From assembly GCA_030390025.1 (NCBI GenBank), contig CM059432.1:27344001-27408000 (forward strand): a DNA stretch of 64,000 bases, in the 5' to 3' direction. Shown in pieces: positions 51,366-62,822 of this stretch. Origin of the DNA: Squalus acanthias. Taxonomy: Eukaryota. Both the position numbers and the translations under genes were made by a program. Each line of letters starts with the position of its first letter. Position 1 is the stretch's first letter. The notes under the pieces are model-generated. The model had not been told where the DNA came from. It did not search any database and worked only from the letters and a program-made list of their open reading frames with translations.

Positions 51366-52946
51366 CCAGAAAAAAAAATGTTATCAATAATTTATACATT
51401 TAAACACCTGTGAAATAAGGTAAGTTTATTTTTCGCCCCTTTAAAACATGTACATTTATTTTTCAAAAAATTAAATTTTTGTTTTAAATATTTAATTAAA
51501 TGCCATTTTAATTAATTTTAATTATATGATTTTTTTCTTCATTTCTTTGAAGTGTAGATGTATTTTTGGGGGTATTCCCATTCATGCTTATGGGGTTTCC
51601 GTACATACGGAATCCCCATAAGTATGAATGGGGATTCCCTTCTTTAAATCGTTGGGCCGGCCCACGTGATCCCAGCAGCACTTGCGAACCACCTGCGCCC
51701 CGGAGATACGTGGGCCTCTACCCGCGGGTGCCCGGAGAGGCCCAGGACCACGAATCTCCGTACCTCTCGGACCATCAGGTACGCGGGCATTTTATTTGTG
51801 GATCGGAGGCGTTTCCCCACGGGAAGCCTCCGACTACAAATTCAGGGCCAATGTTTCAGGCCAGTGACCTTTCGTCAGAACTGGAAAATGTTACAGATGT
51901 AACAGGTTTTAAGCAATTACAGAGGCAGGGAAAGGCAGGGTGGAGAGGAGGAAAGAACAAAAGAGCAGGTCTGTGAGAGGGTGGAAGGCAGGAGTGATTA
52001 AATGAACAGCAAAATCATTACTGGCACCCACTGTCCAAAAAAATGGGAGCAGTGGTTATGACCTGAAATTGTTGAACTTGATGTTGAGTCCGGAAGATTG
52101 TAAAGTGCCTCATCGAAAGATGAGGTGCTGTTCCTCGAGCTTCTGTTGAGCTTCATTGGAATAGTATAGGAGGCCGAGGACAGAGAGGTCAGAGTGGGAG
52201 TGGGTCAGAGAAATAAAATGGCAAGCGACCGGAAGCTCAGGGTCACACTTGCGGACTGAACGGAGGTGTTCAGCAAAGCGATCTGCTTTTGGTCTCCCAA
52301 ATGTAGAGGAGACTGCATCGTGAGCAGCGAATACAGTATATTAAATTGAAAGCACAAGTAAATCGCTGTTTCGCCTGGAAGGAGTGTTTGGGGCCCTGGA
52401 CGGTGGGAAGGGAGGAGGTGAAAGGGCAGATGTTGCATCTCCTGTGCTTACATGGGATGGTGCCGTAGGAAGAGGAGCTGGTGTTGGGGGTAATGGAAGA
52501 CTGGACTAGGGTGTTGGGGAGGGAACGGTCCCTTCGGAATACTGATAGAAGAGGAAAGGGGAAGATGTGTTTGGTGGTGGCATTGCGCTGGAAAGGGCGG
52601 AGGATGGTTCGTAGAATGTGGAGGCTGGTGGGGTGGAAGGTGAAAACAAGGGAAACCCTATCGTGGTTCTGGGAGGGAGGAGAAGGGGTGAGGGCTGAGC
52701 GTGGGAAATGGGATGGACACGGTCGAGGTCCATGTCAACCACAGGGGAGGGGAATCCTTGGTTGAGGATAAAGTCCCTCCGCACCTCCATCCTCCACCAG
52801 GATGGCCTGCGGGCCCTCCGCTTCTTCCTTGAACGGAGGACCAACCAGTCCCCATCGACCATCACCCTCCTCCGCCTGTCTGAACTTCTTCTTACATTCC
52901 CTGCCTCTGTACTTGCTTAAAACCTGTTACATCTGTAACATTTTCC

Positions 52947-52983
52947 AGTTCTGACGAAAGGTCACCAGCCTGAAACGTTAACT
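52947..52983 (+). ncRNA. Minimal hammerhead motif in PLE pLTR (family 2), weakened stem II
   Basis: agtt-CTGACGA-a-aggtcaccagcct-GAAAC-gtt-aact. Stem I agtt/aact, palindromic ACGT stem III. Confidence 0.6.
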
Positions 52984-54187
52984 CTGTTTCTCTCTCCCGA
53001 AATGCTTCCTGACCCGCTGAGTATTTCCAGCATTTTCTGTTTATATTTATCGTTAATCCTCAGACCACAGAACTCTGCGCAGGACGGATTATTGAGAGAA
53101 AGCATTTACAGTGTATAAAATAATATCTAAAATCAAAAATATCTACAAAAAACTGACAATACAATAGTAAAGTTACCCAATGTACAAATGGAGTTGACTA
53201 TTTAAAAAAGACAATGGGGATGATTTTGACTTTTGAGCAACAGACTGGCCTCATTTAAATTTGTCAGGCAATCTGCGAGGTGCCAAACAGGTAACCCGAT
53301 GCAGCTGTTCAGATTGAGGCCTTACGATCGGTCCAGGACATCTGCCTGCAAGGTAAGTTGCGGGGAGGGGGTGGGGGCGGTCGTGATCACGGAAGTGACC
53401 CCTGGGGCGGCAACAGCCCAGATTATTTTTGTGAGCCCCAGTGGGTCACTCCTGCTCCTCTGGGTCCCACAAAAATAATTTGACACTTATCTTTGGCGGG
53501 CCTCTTCAGTACCATTGCCTGTGGAACTGGTCAGAGCCTGCACTGCTCAGCGTCAGACCACTTCTGACCAAAATAGCAATCGGGCTCCTATGTACTTCAT
53601 AGGACCCCGATTTCCTGTTTTAAAAGAGACCTGTTGCCTGAAACAGGCAGGCGATTTGAACAGCAGGCAGTAGGGCTCTTTCAAGATGGAGCAGACTGCA
53701 TCAACGGGCAGAAGTACCACCTTGTCGAAACTCCGCGTGGTAGAGAAGAATTCCCACCCCTACCCATGGATTGATCTAAGCTGATAATTCTTTTGCAGTA
53801 CTGAGGGAGCACTACATTGTTGGAGGTGCCACCTTTCAGTTGAGATATTAAATCAAGGCCTGCCTGTTCAGATGAATGTAAAAGATCTAATCACACAATT
53901 TGAAAAAGAACAGGATATCCTGGCCAACATTTATACCTTAACCAACACCATCAAAAACAGATTGACTGTCTCTGATGCTGTTTAAAGCACTTTTCTGTGT
54001 GCAGTTTTTTGTTCCTATTTTTGTCTATATAACAACAGTGGCTGCACTTCAAAAGTAATTTGTTGGCTATGAAGCACTTTGCGCGGTCCTTGGGAAGTGA
54101 ACGGAAGTTTTGCTTTCTATTTGCTTCATGAAGAAATGGCAGATAGAGTACCTCATGTCAGCCTTAACTCAGTGGTGGCAGTCTCTC

Positions 54188-54385
54188 CTCTGAACTTCCT
54201 CCCTAAACCTCTCCACTTCGCTACCTATCTCTCCTTCATTAAGACACTCCTTAAAGCCTACCTCTTTGACCAAGCTTTTGGTCACCTGTCCTAATATCTC
54301 CTTACATGGCTAAGTGTCAAATTTTGTTTGATAATGCTCCTGTGAAAATCCTTGGGACGTTTAGGTGCTATATAAATGTAAGTTG
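54188..54385 (+). mobile_element. L2-type LINE 3' end inserted in a SINE head
   Basis: LPKPLHFATYLSFIKTLLKAYLFDQAF resembles an L2 ORF2 C-terminus. Tail ...gggacg...gtgctatataaatgtaagt resembles the Deu-SINE tail. Confidence 0.65.
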
Positions 54386-54597
54386 TCGTTATTGAGTTAG
54401 AAGGTCGTGAGTTTCAGCCATACTCCAGAGAGATGAGCACATAATTAAGGCTGATGCTTCAGTACAGCACTAAGGGAGCACTGCACTGTTGGAGGTGCCA
54501 TCTTTTGAATGAGATGTTAAATCGTGGTCCCATCTCTCAAAGGACATGAAAGATCCCATGGCACTTTTCGAAGAAGAGCAGGGGAGTTCTTCCATTG

Positions 54598-54730
54598 ATA
54601 CAAAAGCAAAGTACAGTGGATGCTGGACATCTGAAATGAAAACAGAAAATGCTGGAAATACTCAGCAGGTCAGGCAGAATCTGTGGAGAGAGAAACAGAG
54701 TTAACGTTTCAGGTCGATGGCCTTTCGTCA
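54598..54730 (-). mobile_element. PLE pLTR fragment (family 2) truncated at the hammerhead core
   Basis: Exact 14-bp TSD gagttcttccattg (54584-54597, 54731-54744) inside a SINE. Minus strand reads CTGACGA-aaggccatcgacct-GAAAC-gttaact. Confidence 0.82.
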
Positions 54731-54929
54731 GAGTTCTTCCATTGTCCTGGCCAACATTTATTTCTCAAGCAACATCACTAAAACAGATTATCTGGTCATT
54801 TAACTCATTGATAAGCATAAATTGGCAGCTGCGTTTCACTACATTACAACAGTGACTACACTTCAAAAGAACTTTATTGGCTGTGAAGCACTTTGGAATG
54901 TCCAGGGGTCATGAAAGATGCAACTCAAT

Positions 54930-55055
54930 GGGCTAATTTTTACTTTGGGAGATAGTGCGAAATGAGCTATATCAATGAGGTATATCGCCCATTAAACATT
55001 ACTCCTGATTTTCATTTCCATTGATTTCAATTAGTCCAAAATCAAAATTACCCCC
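54930..55055. mobile_element. Short Harbinger-type MITE
   Basis: gggctaatttt / aaaattaccccc; TSD AAT. Confidence 0.7.
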
Positions 55056-55304
55056 AATACTACAAATGAACAAAATATTTACACAACAGTGTGAGCTAGC
55101 CCATCAGAAAGACAGCCTCAGTCCTTATATGCAATGGTCCAATGCATAGCATCCTCATTGATTTAGCCATGCTATATTGAATCCCTCATTGGACACCAAA
55201 CACAGCGTTATAATAAAGCTAAGCTATACCTGATTCTAAATATGGTGTGGAATTGTTGGGCGTAAACTAATAAATCTTTTTTTTTTAATATTATCTTCCC
55301 ATAG

Positions 55305-55498
55305 AAGCTGCAAAGTGAGAAAAAGCCAACTAATATCACTACCTTGATGAAAGAACTATTTGAGCTGTTTCCGGGAGACAGCATGTTCATGAACCAGGGA
55401 CCAAACAGATGTAGGACGTGTGCTGTAGTAGGGAATTCTGGGAATTTAAAAGGATCCAATTACGGACCATCAATTGACTCTAATTATTTTGTCATGAG
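55305..55498 (+). CDS. ST3GAL1: ST3GAL1-like coding exon 2 (start of sialylmotif L)
   Basis: Polypyrimidine tract then ATAG| acceptor. Translates KLQSEKKPTNITTLMKELFELFPGDSMFMNQGPNRCRTCAVVGNSGNLKGSNYGPSIDSNYFVM(R). Donor AG|GTAAGT; 194 nt, phase 0 to 2. Not in the ORF track. Confidence 0.95.
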
Positions 55499-55775
55499 GT
55501 AAGTCACCTGGTGCTAACAGTAGTGTGTTGCCTGCCTATTAGAGGAGATGAAAGAGGCTAGTTCAGAACTCAAATAAAATAGTGCTAATGATGCCATGCC
55601 TGCAGCTAAAATTTCTCAAACCACTGTGCGATACTTTTTATTTCCTTAATATCAGCACCTAAAGGAGAGTAGGAGAGAAATTGGAGGGAAGATAAAAAGT
55701 TCACAAACCTCTTTGTAAGTTGAACCCAAAGCTCAATTTCTACCCAAAGGGAACATACATCATAATAGAGTCATA

Positions 55776-56517
55776 GGGGTAAAAATTCAGTTGGTTGCGC
55801 CTCCCGTTAGCGCCTTAAGAGGGTGCTAATGGGGCGCAAAGCCGCTAACGCCCGGGCGCAGCGATGTTTGCGCCGCTCGGGAACTTAACTAGACATTGTG
55901 CGGCGGCGCTAAACTTTACCGCTGCGACAACCTGCGCGCGCAGATTGTGACGTCATTCCATGGTGCAACGCCCTTGTGGCGCCCCGGAGCGGAAATTGAG
56001 TGGCGCCCCCTGCCTTACCGCCTGGCGCATCCAACGACCGGAAGACTGGAACGCTATCAATCGCTGTGGGGCTGGGGGGGGGGCGCTATTTAAAGGGGGC
56101 CTCTTCCTGTCTTTTTCTGTGGTTGACATTTTTGCACCACTCGTTCTGAGAGAGAGAGAGAGATTCGGAGAGAGAGAAAGAGAGACTTCTGCATTGAGTC
56201 AACGCTTTGTGAGGTAGTTTTGCCTACTGATCCTAACAGTTGGCCCCCCCCGCTTTAAGAACTGGCCGGCGCCAGTGTGTCTGTGTTCCCTCGCTAACTG
56301 GCAGCACCTGCGCTGTGCTCGCGCGCTGAGTTAGCGCCTCACTGCTCGGCCTTTGCGCCTTAAGACAGGTGTGCAGCGTCTGATTTAGCGCTCCACTCAC
56401 CTCCCGGGGCGGTAAAAGTGAAGTTTCCAGTCAGTGGCGATAATTAGCGCCAGGCGCTAATATTTGCGTCCAGACGATATTTGCGCCCCAAACGGGGCGC
56501 GACCTAATTTTTCCCCC
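55776..56517. mobile_element. GC-rich Harbinger-type MITE inserted in a CR1 (atagagtc)n tail
   Basis: ggggtaaaaatt / aatttttccccc; TSD ATA. Confidence 0.85.
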
Positions 56518-57328
56518 ATAGAGTCATTACGGCACAGAAGGAGGCCATTCGGCCCATTGAGTCTGTGCCAGCTCTCTGTAGAGCAATCCAGTCAGTCCCA
56601 TTCCCCTGCTCTATCCCCGTAGCCCTGCAAGTTTCTTTTCCTCAAGTGCCTATCCAATTTCCTTTTGAAATCATTGAACGTCTCCGCTTCACCACCCTTG
56701 TCGGCAGCGAGTTCCAGGTCATTACCACTCGCTGCGTAAAAAAGTTCTTCCTCACATCCCCCCCTGTATCTCTTGCCCAAACCCTTAAAATCTGTGTCCC
56801 CTAGTCCTTGTACCATCAGCTAATGGGAACAGTCTTTCTCTGTCTACCTTATCCAAACCCGTCATAATCTTGTACACCTCCATCAAATCTCCCCTCAACC
56901 TCATTTGCTCCAAGGAGAACAACCCCAGCTTCTCCAACCTAACCTTGTAGCTAAAATCCCTCATCCCTGGAACCATTCTGGTAAATCTCCTCTGCAACCG
57001 CTCAAGGACCTTCACATCCTTCCTAAAGTGTGGTGACCAGAACTGGACGCAATACTTTAGTTGTGGCCTAACCAGAGCTTTATAAAGGTTCAGCATATCT
57101 TCCCTGCTTTTGTACTCAATACCTCTATTTATGAAGCCCAAGATCCTATATGCTTTGCTAATTAATCTCTCAATATGTCCTGCCACCTTCAAAGATCTAT
57201 GCACATGAACGCCCAGGTTCCTCTGTCCCTGCACACTCTTTAGAACTGTGCCATTAAGTCTATATTGCCTCTCCCCATCCCTTCTGCCAAAATGCATCAC
57301 CTCACACTTCTTTGTATTAAATTCCATA
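56518..57328 (-). mobile_element. CR1 3' fragment
   Basis: KCEVMHFG...RPQLKYCVQFWSP...RLRGDL. Confidence 0.9.
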
Positions 57329-57334
57329 ATGTTT

Positions 57335-57893
57335 CTCTGTTACACCTGGAGCACTGTGAGCAATTCTGGGCACCACAAGTTAGGAAGGATATATTGGCCT
57401 TGGAGGGAGTGCAGCGTAGGTTTACCAGAATGATACCCGGACTTCAAGGGTTAAGTTACGAGGAGAGATTACACAAATTAGGGTTGTATTCCCTAGAAGT
57501 TAGAAGGTTAAGGGGTGATCTGATTGAAGTTTTCAAGATATTAAGGGGAACAGATAGGGTAGATAGAGAGAAACTATTTCCGCTAGTTTGGGATTCTAGG
57601 ACTAGGGGGCATAGTCTAAAGGTTAGAGCCAGACCTTTCAGGAGTGAAATTAGAGAACACTCCTACACACAAAGGGAGGTAGAAGTTTGGAACTCTTTTC
57701 CGCAAACGGCAATTGATGCTAGATCAATTGTTAATTTAAATCGGAGATTGAAAGCTTTTGTTAACCAAAGGTATTAAGGGATATGGGTCAAAGGCGGATA
57801 TATGGAGTTAGGTCGCAGATCAGCCAGGATCTCATTGAATGGTGGAACAGGCTTGATGGGCTCAATGGCCTACTTCTGTTCCTATGTTCCTAT
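57335..57893 (+). mobile_element. CR1 3' fragment of another subfamily
   Basis: HLEHCEQFWAP...LEGVQRRFTRMIPG; tail ttcctatg. Confidence 0.85.
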
Positions 57894-59221
57894 GTGTGGT
57901 TCTCTGATGTTTGTTCACCTACCTAGATTGAGCTTGTCAACCTCTAGTGATCTGAATCTGAGACAAACTTGGCTTAGTTGGCACTCTTGCCTCTGGGCCT
58001 GAACATTGTGGGGTTGAGCCACATTCCAGAATATCGAGCCCAACATTGTAAGATGACACTCCAGTGCACCACTGAGAAAGTGCTGCATTAGCAGAGGCCC
58101 TGTCCTTCTGATGAAACTTTAAATAGGGATCTTTAATACCCACCTAACACAGACGTCTGGTTCGGGAAGACCTTAAAGATCCCATGGCACTATTTGTAGA
58201 AGAGCAAGGAGTTCTCCCAGTGACCTGGCCAACAATCCTTTCTCAACCAAAACAATCAAAAGCAGATTAACTGGTCATTCATCCCATTGTTGCTTGTGGG
58301 ATCTTGTTCTGTACAAAATGGATCCTGTGTTCCCCCTACATAACTGCCACTGCAGTTCAAAGTCATTCTTTGTATGGGAAGTGCTTTGAGACAGCCCCAA
58401 CTTTTGCACCAGCTAAGATTAGGTCAAACAACAGGCTATGTAATGGCTCATTAGATAACATTGGAAGCTCTAAATGAAGAAGGTCCCAGGTTTCATTCCC
58501 AGCATTAAGAGAGTTTATTTCATCCACCCGTAGAATATGGATTCAATTGTAAATTTGTGTGTCATGCTTGCACGGGGGTGATGCCAATTTTCTCTGTAAC
58601 CTTCCCATTTTAGCGCAGATCAGGAATCGAACCTTGGACCTTCCTAATCTGCAAGGTTTAGCACCTCAACCAAGTGGCCATTTTTTATCTATAAGCCTCG
58701 GCAGTGAATGTCAGCAGGCTAATCCACTGCCGGAGATATAAAACCCCAAAATTGCTGCCCCAGCTAAGATTAACTAACTGAGCATAGCTCAGAGATAGAA
58801 GCTCGGAGCTTCCTGAGCAGTATGGCTGTAGTCACTGAATGCTAGGAACACTGAGACCAATTGTAAAAAGAAAGAAAGGCTATCACAACCTCAGGATGTT
58901 CCAAAGTGCTTTACAGCCAATAAAGTACATTTGAAGTGTAGTCACTGTTGTAATGTAGGAAATGTGGCAGCCAATTTGCAAGTTCCCACAAAGATCAATA
59001 TGATAATGGCTAGATAATCTGTTTTAGTGATGTTGGTTGAGTGATAAATATTGGCCAGGACACTGAAGAGAACTCCCCTGCTCATCTTTGAAATTGTAGT
59101 GTCCCAACCACCACCCTATGAGCTATCTCAACATAGAGCAGGAATTATTTTAACACTTGCTTAATGTCCTTCTGTTTTACAACGTACTCATTTTTCCTTT
59201 TTTTGTCTCCTGTCTACATAG

Positions 59222-59401
59222 GATGAATCGGGCAAGGACCACTGGCTACGAGGGGGACGTGGGCAGTAAAACCACGCATCACTTCATGTACCCTGAAAGT
59301 GCTCAGAACCTCGCAGACAATGTGTCCTTGGTTCTGATCCCATTTAAAATATTGGACATGCAGTGGCTAGTGAGCGCTTTTACAACGGGCAACATCACCC
59401 G
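59222..59401 (+). CDS. ST3GAL1: ST3GAL1-like coding exon 3 (end of sialylmotif L)
   Basis: Acceptor CATAG|G. Translates [59 protein letters not shown](R). Donor CG|GTGAGT; 180 nt, phase 2 to 2. Confidence 0.95.
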
Positions 59402-59663
59402 GTGAGTCAATAGGTAAAACACATAAACAGACAGTAACTCCATGATGGTCAATTTCCCTCCATATTTTGTTTTACAATTTTTTCCCTTTCCTGCTCTGCT
59501 ATCTTGAAGGCATAGACTCACTCTGGGGTACAGCTTCAAATGGACCTGCAGCACTTCCATATCTCACCTAGGTACCCATCCTCCATGTGAGCCTAGACAA
59601 GGGATTTCTAGGCTTTTGTCCACATGGGCCGTAAAGGGATATATAATATTGGTCTGTGACAGT

Positions 59664-60115
59664 GTCAGCCGTGGCTCAGTTGGTAGCACACTTGCTTCTG
59701 AGTCAGAAGGTTGTGGATTCAAGTTCCCATTCTAGGGACCTGAGCACGTAAAGCTAGGTTGACACTCCAGTGCAGTACTGAGGGAAGTGCTGCACTGTCG
59801 GAAGTGCCGTCTTTTGGATGAGATGGTAAACCGAGGCCCCATCTCAAGTGGACTTAAAAGATCCCATGGCACTAATTTGAAGAAGAGTAGGGGAGTTATC
59901 CCCGGTGTCCTGGCCAATACTTATCCCTCAACCAACATAACAAAAACAGATTATCTGGTCATTATCACATTGCTGTTTGTGGGACCTTGCTGTGTGCAAA
60001 TTGCCTGCTGCGTTTCCCACATTACAACAGTGACAGTACTTCATTGGCTATAAAGCGCTTTGAGATGTCCGGTGGTCGTGAAAGGCGCTATATAAATGCA
60101 AGTCTTTCTTTCTTT
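59664..60115 (+). mobile_element. Deu-domain tRNA SINE, full length
   Basis: A box tggctcagttgg, B box gattcaagttc. Deu-like core aaagatcccatggcact...gtcctggccaat...tcacattgctgtttgtggg. Tail aaggcgctatataaatgcaagt(cttt)n. Further copies near 2920-3076, 53795-54100, 54390-54925, 57967-58395 and 58866-59092. Confidence 0.88.
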
Positions 60116-60422
60116 TGTGAGAATTCAAAACTGGGTCATTGCTTGACTACCTCCCCTTAAGTGTCCATAGTCACCATAAATATCAATGGAAGTGGAGGAT
60201 ACATTGAGATGTTCATTATTGATCAATGAGTATCAATGATGTGAGGTGTAGCATTGATCAATTCCACTATAATAGGAGGTCCCAAGTTGATCAGTAAGAG
60301 ACAATTAGATATCAGATTATTTCGATAAAATTCTTGCATCTCTCTTTAATTGTGTGCTCGGAATGAGATGAATTAATCACATTTTCTACATGACATTTAC
60401 TTATTTATTTTTTCATGAACAG

Positions 60423-60468
60423 CACTTATATGCCAGTGTTACGTCAAATCAAGGCAAATAAAGACAAG
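60423..60468 (+). CDS. ST3GAL1: ST3GAL1-like coding exon 4 (46 nt)
   Basis: Acceptor AACAG|C. Translates TYMPVLRQIKANKDK, similar to the TYxPV...K..KDK segment of ST3Gal I. Donor AAG|GTGAGT, phase 2 to 0. Confidence 0.9.
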
Positions 60469-62716
60469 GTGAGTTGGAATTTTGTTTTCTGTATTTAGTT
60501 GGAAAGGGTCAATGTTGAGGTACAGGTGGAAGATCTTTGGTGGCTGTTTGAGGCGGTATTTATATTACAGTTGTAACATTTCCACGAACACTGAAGTTGT
60601 AGTGCCCGACCGGACTCCAGAGCAATGCTAAATGAGACATCTTGAAATAAGTCAGATCAAGGCCTGATTTTGAATGTATTATTGGTCCAAAAATCAAAAT
60701 GCTTTTTACTGACACTACAGTTAAAGCTAGCCTGAGAGTGTATCATGAGTGGGGACTGGTTGAGAATATGTGGTTGTGGGGTCGGGGGGGAATGAATATT
60801 CTATAAGAAGGAAAAGATCATTGAACACCTATTGTATGGGTCAGTCGTGAGACTTGTTGTGGAGTGGATGACTGAGCATTTCTGATGATCTATAGATGTG
60901 GTGTTGAGTGTGTGTGGGAAGGGCTGAGTATCTGTGACATGACGATTGGTGGGTGGTTAAAGGTCTATATTGATATTGAAAAATTTGAGAGTCTTTGGAT
61001 GATAAAAGAAGACTCGTGTGGAGCATAAACACAGGCACAGACCAGTTGGGCTGAATGGCCTGTTTCTGTGCTGTAAATTCTATGTAATTCTATTCTAAAG
61101 AATGTTAAGCGTCTGTAGTGGTTGCATGGTGTTTAGTTGAGAATCGGTGGGGAAAGGTGAATGGTTTGTGATCTCTGTGGAGCGTGCAGAATAGATGACC
61201 TGTAGTTGAATTGGTTTAGGCTCTGTGGTGAGAGTTGGGTAGTACAGGGTTCACGATAAAGGCTTGCTTGGTATTTGGCTGGGATCTTTTCATTTCCGTG
61301 GGATATACTGACCCATTTCCCACATGGAGGCATCCGTAGTTTTTTTTATTCATTCACGGGATGTGGCTGTCGCTGGCAAGGCCAGCATTTATTGCCCATC
61401 CTTAATAAAGTGCCTTTAATATCCATGTAGATATAGCTGTTTTCCCATGTGAGATTCCCATGCCTGGTCAAAGCAGAGATGAGAGCATAGCCTAATATTG
61501 ATGTTAGATGACACACCGGTGCTGTTCACGGGTTAGAGAGCAGTAATAGTGAGATTGCAGTCTGCTGGGCAGGTTCCAATTAGATTTTGCACAATGCCAA
61601 ATTATTGTTCTCAGGAAATGGCTTCTTGGTGCCACAGAAATGAAAATATGCTTTAAACTTGTTGAAGTCACTATTGCCAACATAACATATGACTAGTTCA
61701 ACAGCACAACATATCCCGTGGTTCTCAATCTACAATGTGTGGTGCATTGCTAAACCTTATTCAAACAAAAAAAGCATTGTTGCAGCGGCTGTGTCTAGGT
61801 TCCGAATAGAACTGCTGCATAGTTGATTACAAAGCTAGAAAGCTATTTATTTCTAAAATAAGTACTGGATTCAGTGATCCCCAGCACTGCAAGCGGACTA
61901 GCAAGAGCAAGAAGAAGCTGCTGTCAGGTCAGGTACTTTGCAAGGCTTACCAGCCGGTCCTAGCAGTATACGACACATTGCGGGTAGTTTTGACTTGGGG
62001 TGATAGTGTAATAGAAGATATCTGATCAGACGCCTGTTATACATTGAGTCATAGAGTCATAACGGCTCAGAAAGAGGCCATTCGGCCCATCGAGTCCGTG
62101 CCGGCTCTCTGTAGAGCAATCCAGTCAGTCCCATTCCCCCGCTCTATCCCCGTAGCCCTGCAAGTTTATTTCCCTCAAGTACCTATCCAGTCTCCCCTTG
62201 AAAACATTGAGTATCTCCGCTTCCACCACTTCCGTTGGCAGCGAATTCCAGGTCATCACCACTTGCTGCGTAAAAAAGTTTTTCCTCACGTCCCCCCTGT
62301 ATCTCTTGCCCAAAACCTTAAATCTGTGTCCCCTAGTCCTTGTACCATCAACTACTGGGAACAGCCTTTCCCCGTCTCGCCTATCCAAACCCGTCATAAT
62401 CTTGTACACCTCTATCAAGTCGCCCCTCAACCTCCTTTGCTCTAATGAAAATAAATCCAGCTTCTCCAACCTGTCCTTGTAGCTAAGATCCCCCATCCCC
62501 GGAACCATTCAGGTAAATCTCCTCTGCACCCTCTCAAGGGCCTTCACATCCTTCTTAAAGTGTGGTGACCAGAACTGGATGCAATACTCCAGTTGTGGCC
62601 TAACCAGCGCTTTATAAAGGTTCAGCATAACTTCTCTACTTTTGTACTCAATACCTCTATTTATGAATGAGAAGTCACACAACACCAGGTTATAGTCCAA
62701 CAGATTTATTTAAAAT

Positions 62717-62752
62717 TACAAGCTTTCGGAGCTGTCGCTCCTTCTTCAGGTA
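62717..62752 (-). ncRNA. Minimal type I hammerhead ribozyme motif (mirror copy)
   Basis: Exact reverse complement of 62787-62822. Confidence 0.75.
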
Positions 62753-62786
62753 GGGTAGCTGTGAGAGAATTCTCTCACAGCTACCC

Positions 62787-62822
62787 TACCTGAAGAAGGA
62801 GCGACAGCTCCGAAAGCTTGTA
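62787..62822 (+). ncRNA. Minimal type I hammerhead ribozyme motif
   Basis: tac-CTGAAGA-a-ggagc-gaca-gctcc-GAAA-gctt-gta. Confidence 0.75.

Larger units (their letters stand above)
48070..51849. mobile_element. Harbinger-type MITE expanded by nested insertions
   Basis: Ends gggccgtaatttgt / acaaattcagggcc, flanks att/aat. PLE sequence gagtt|aatgtttcagg resumes across it. Confidence 0.7.
47981..53048 (-). mobile_element. 5'-truncated Penelope-like retroelement with GIY-YIG endonuclease remnant and inverted terminal pLTR; hosts nested insertions at 48070-51849
   Basis: Minus strand about 52215-52410 reads QGPKHSFQAKQRFTCAFNLIYCIRCSRCSLLYIWETK / DRFAEHLRSV...PVACHF. Inverted RT fragment SLRTSILHQDGLRALRFFLE at 52773-52895. 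Inverted pLTR at 52897-53048. Duplication attattaatcctcag (47966-47980) / atcgttaatcctcag (53049-53063). Confidence 0.88.

Noticed and set aside
59664..59740. tRNA-like A/B boxes
   Set aside because: SINE head with many diverged copies; no complete cloverleaf seen.
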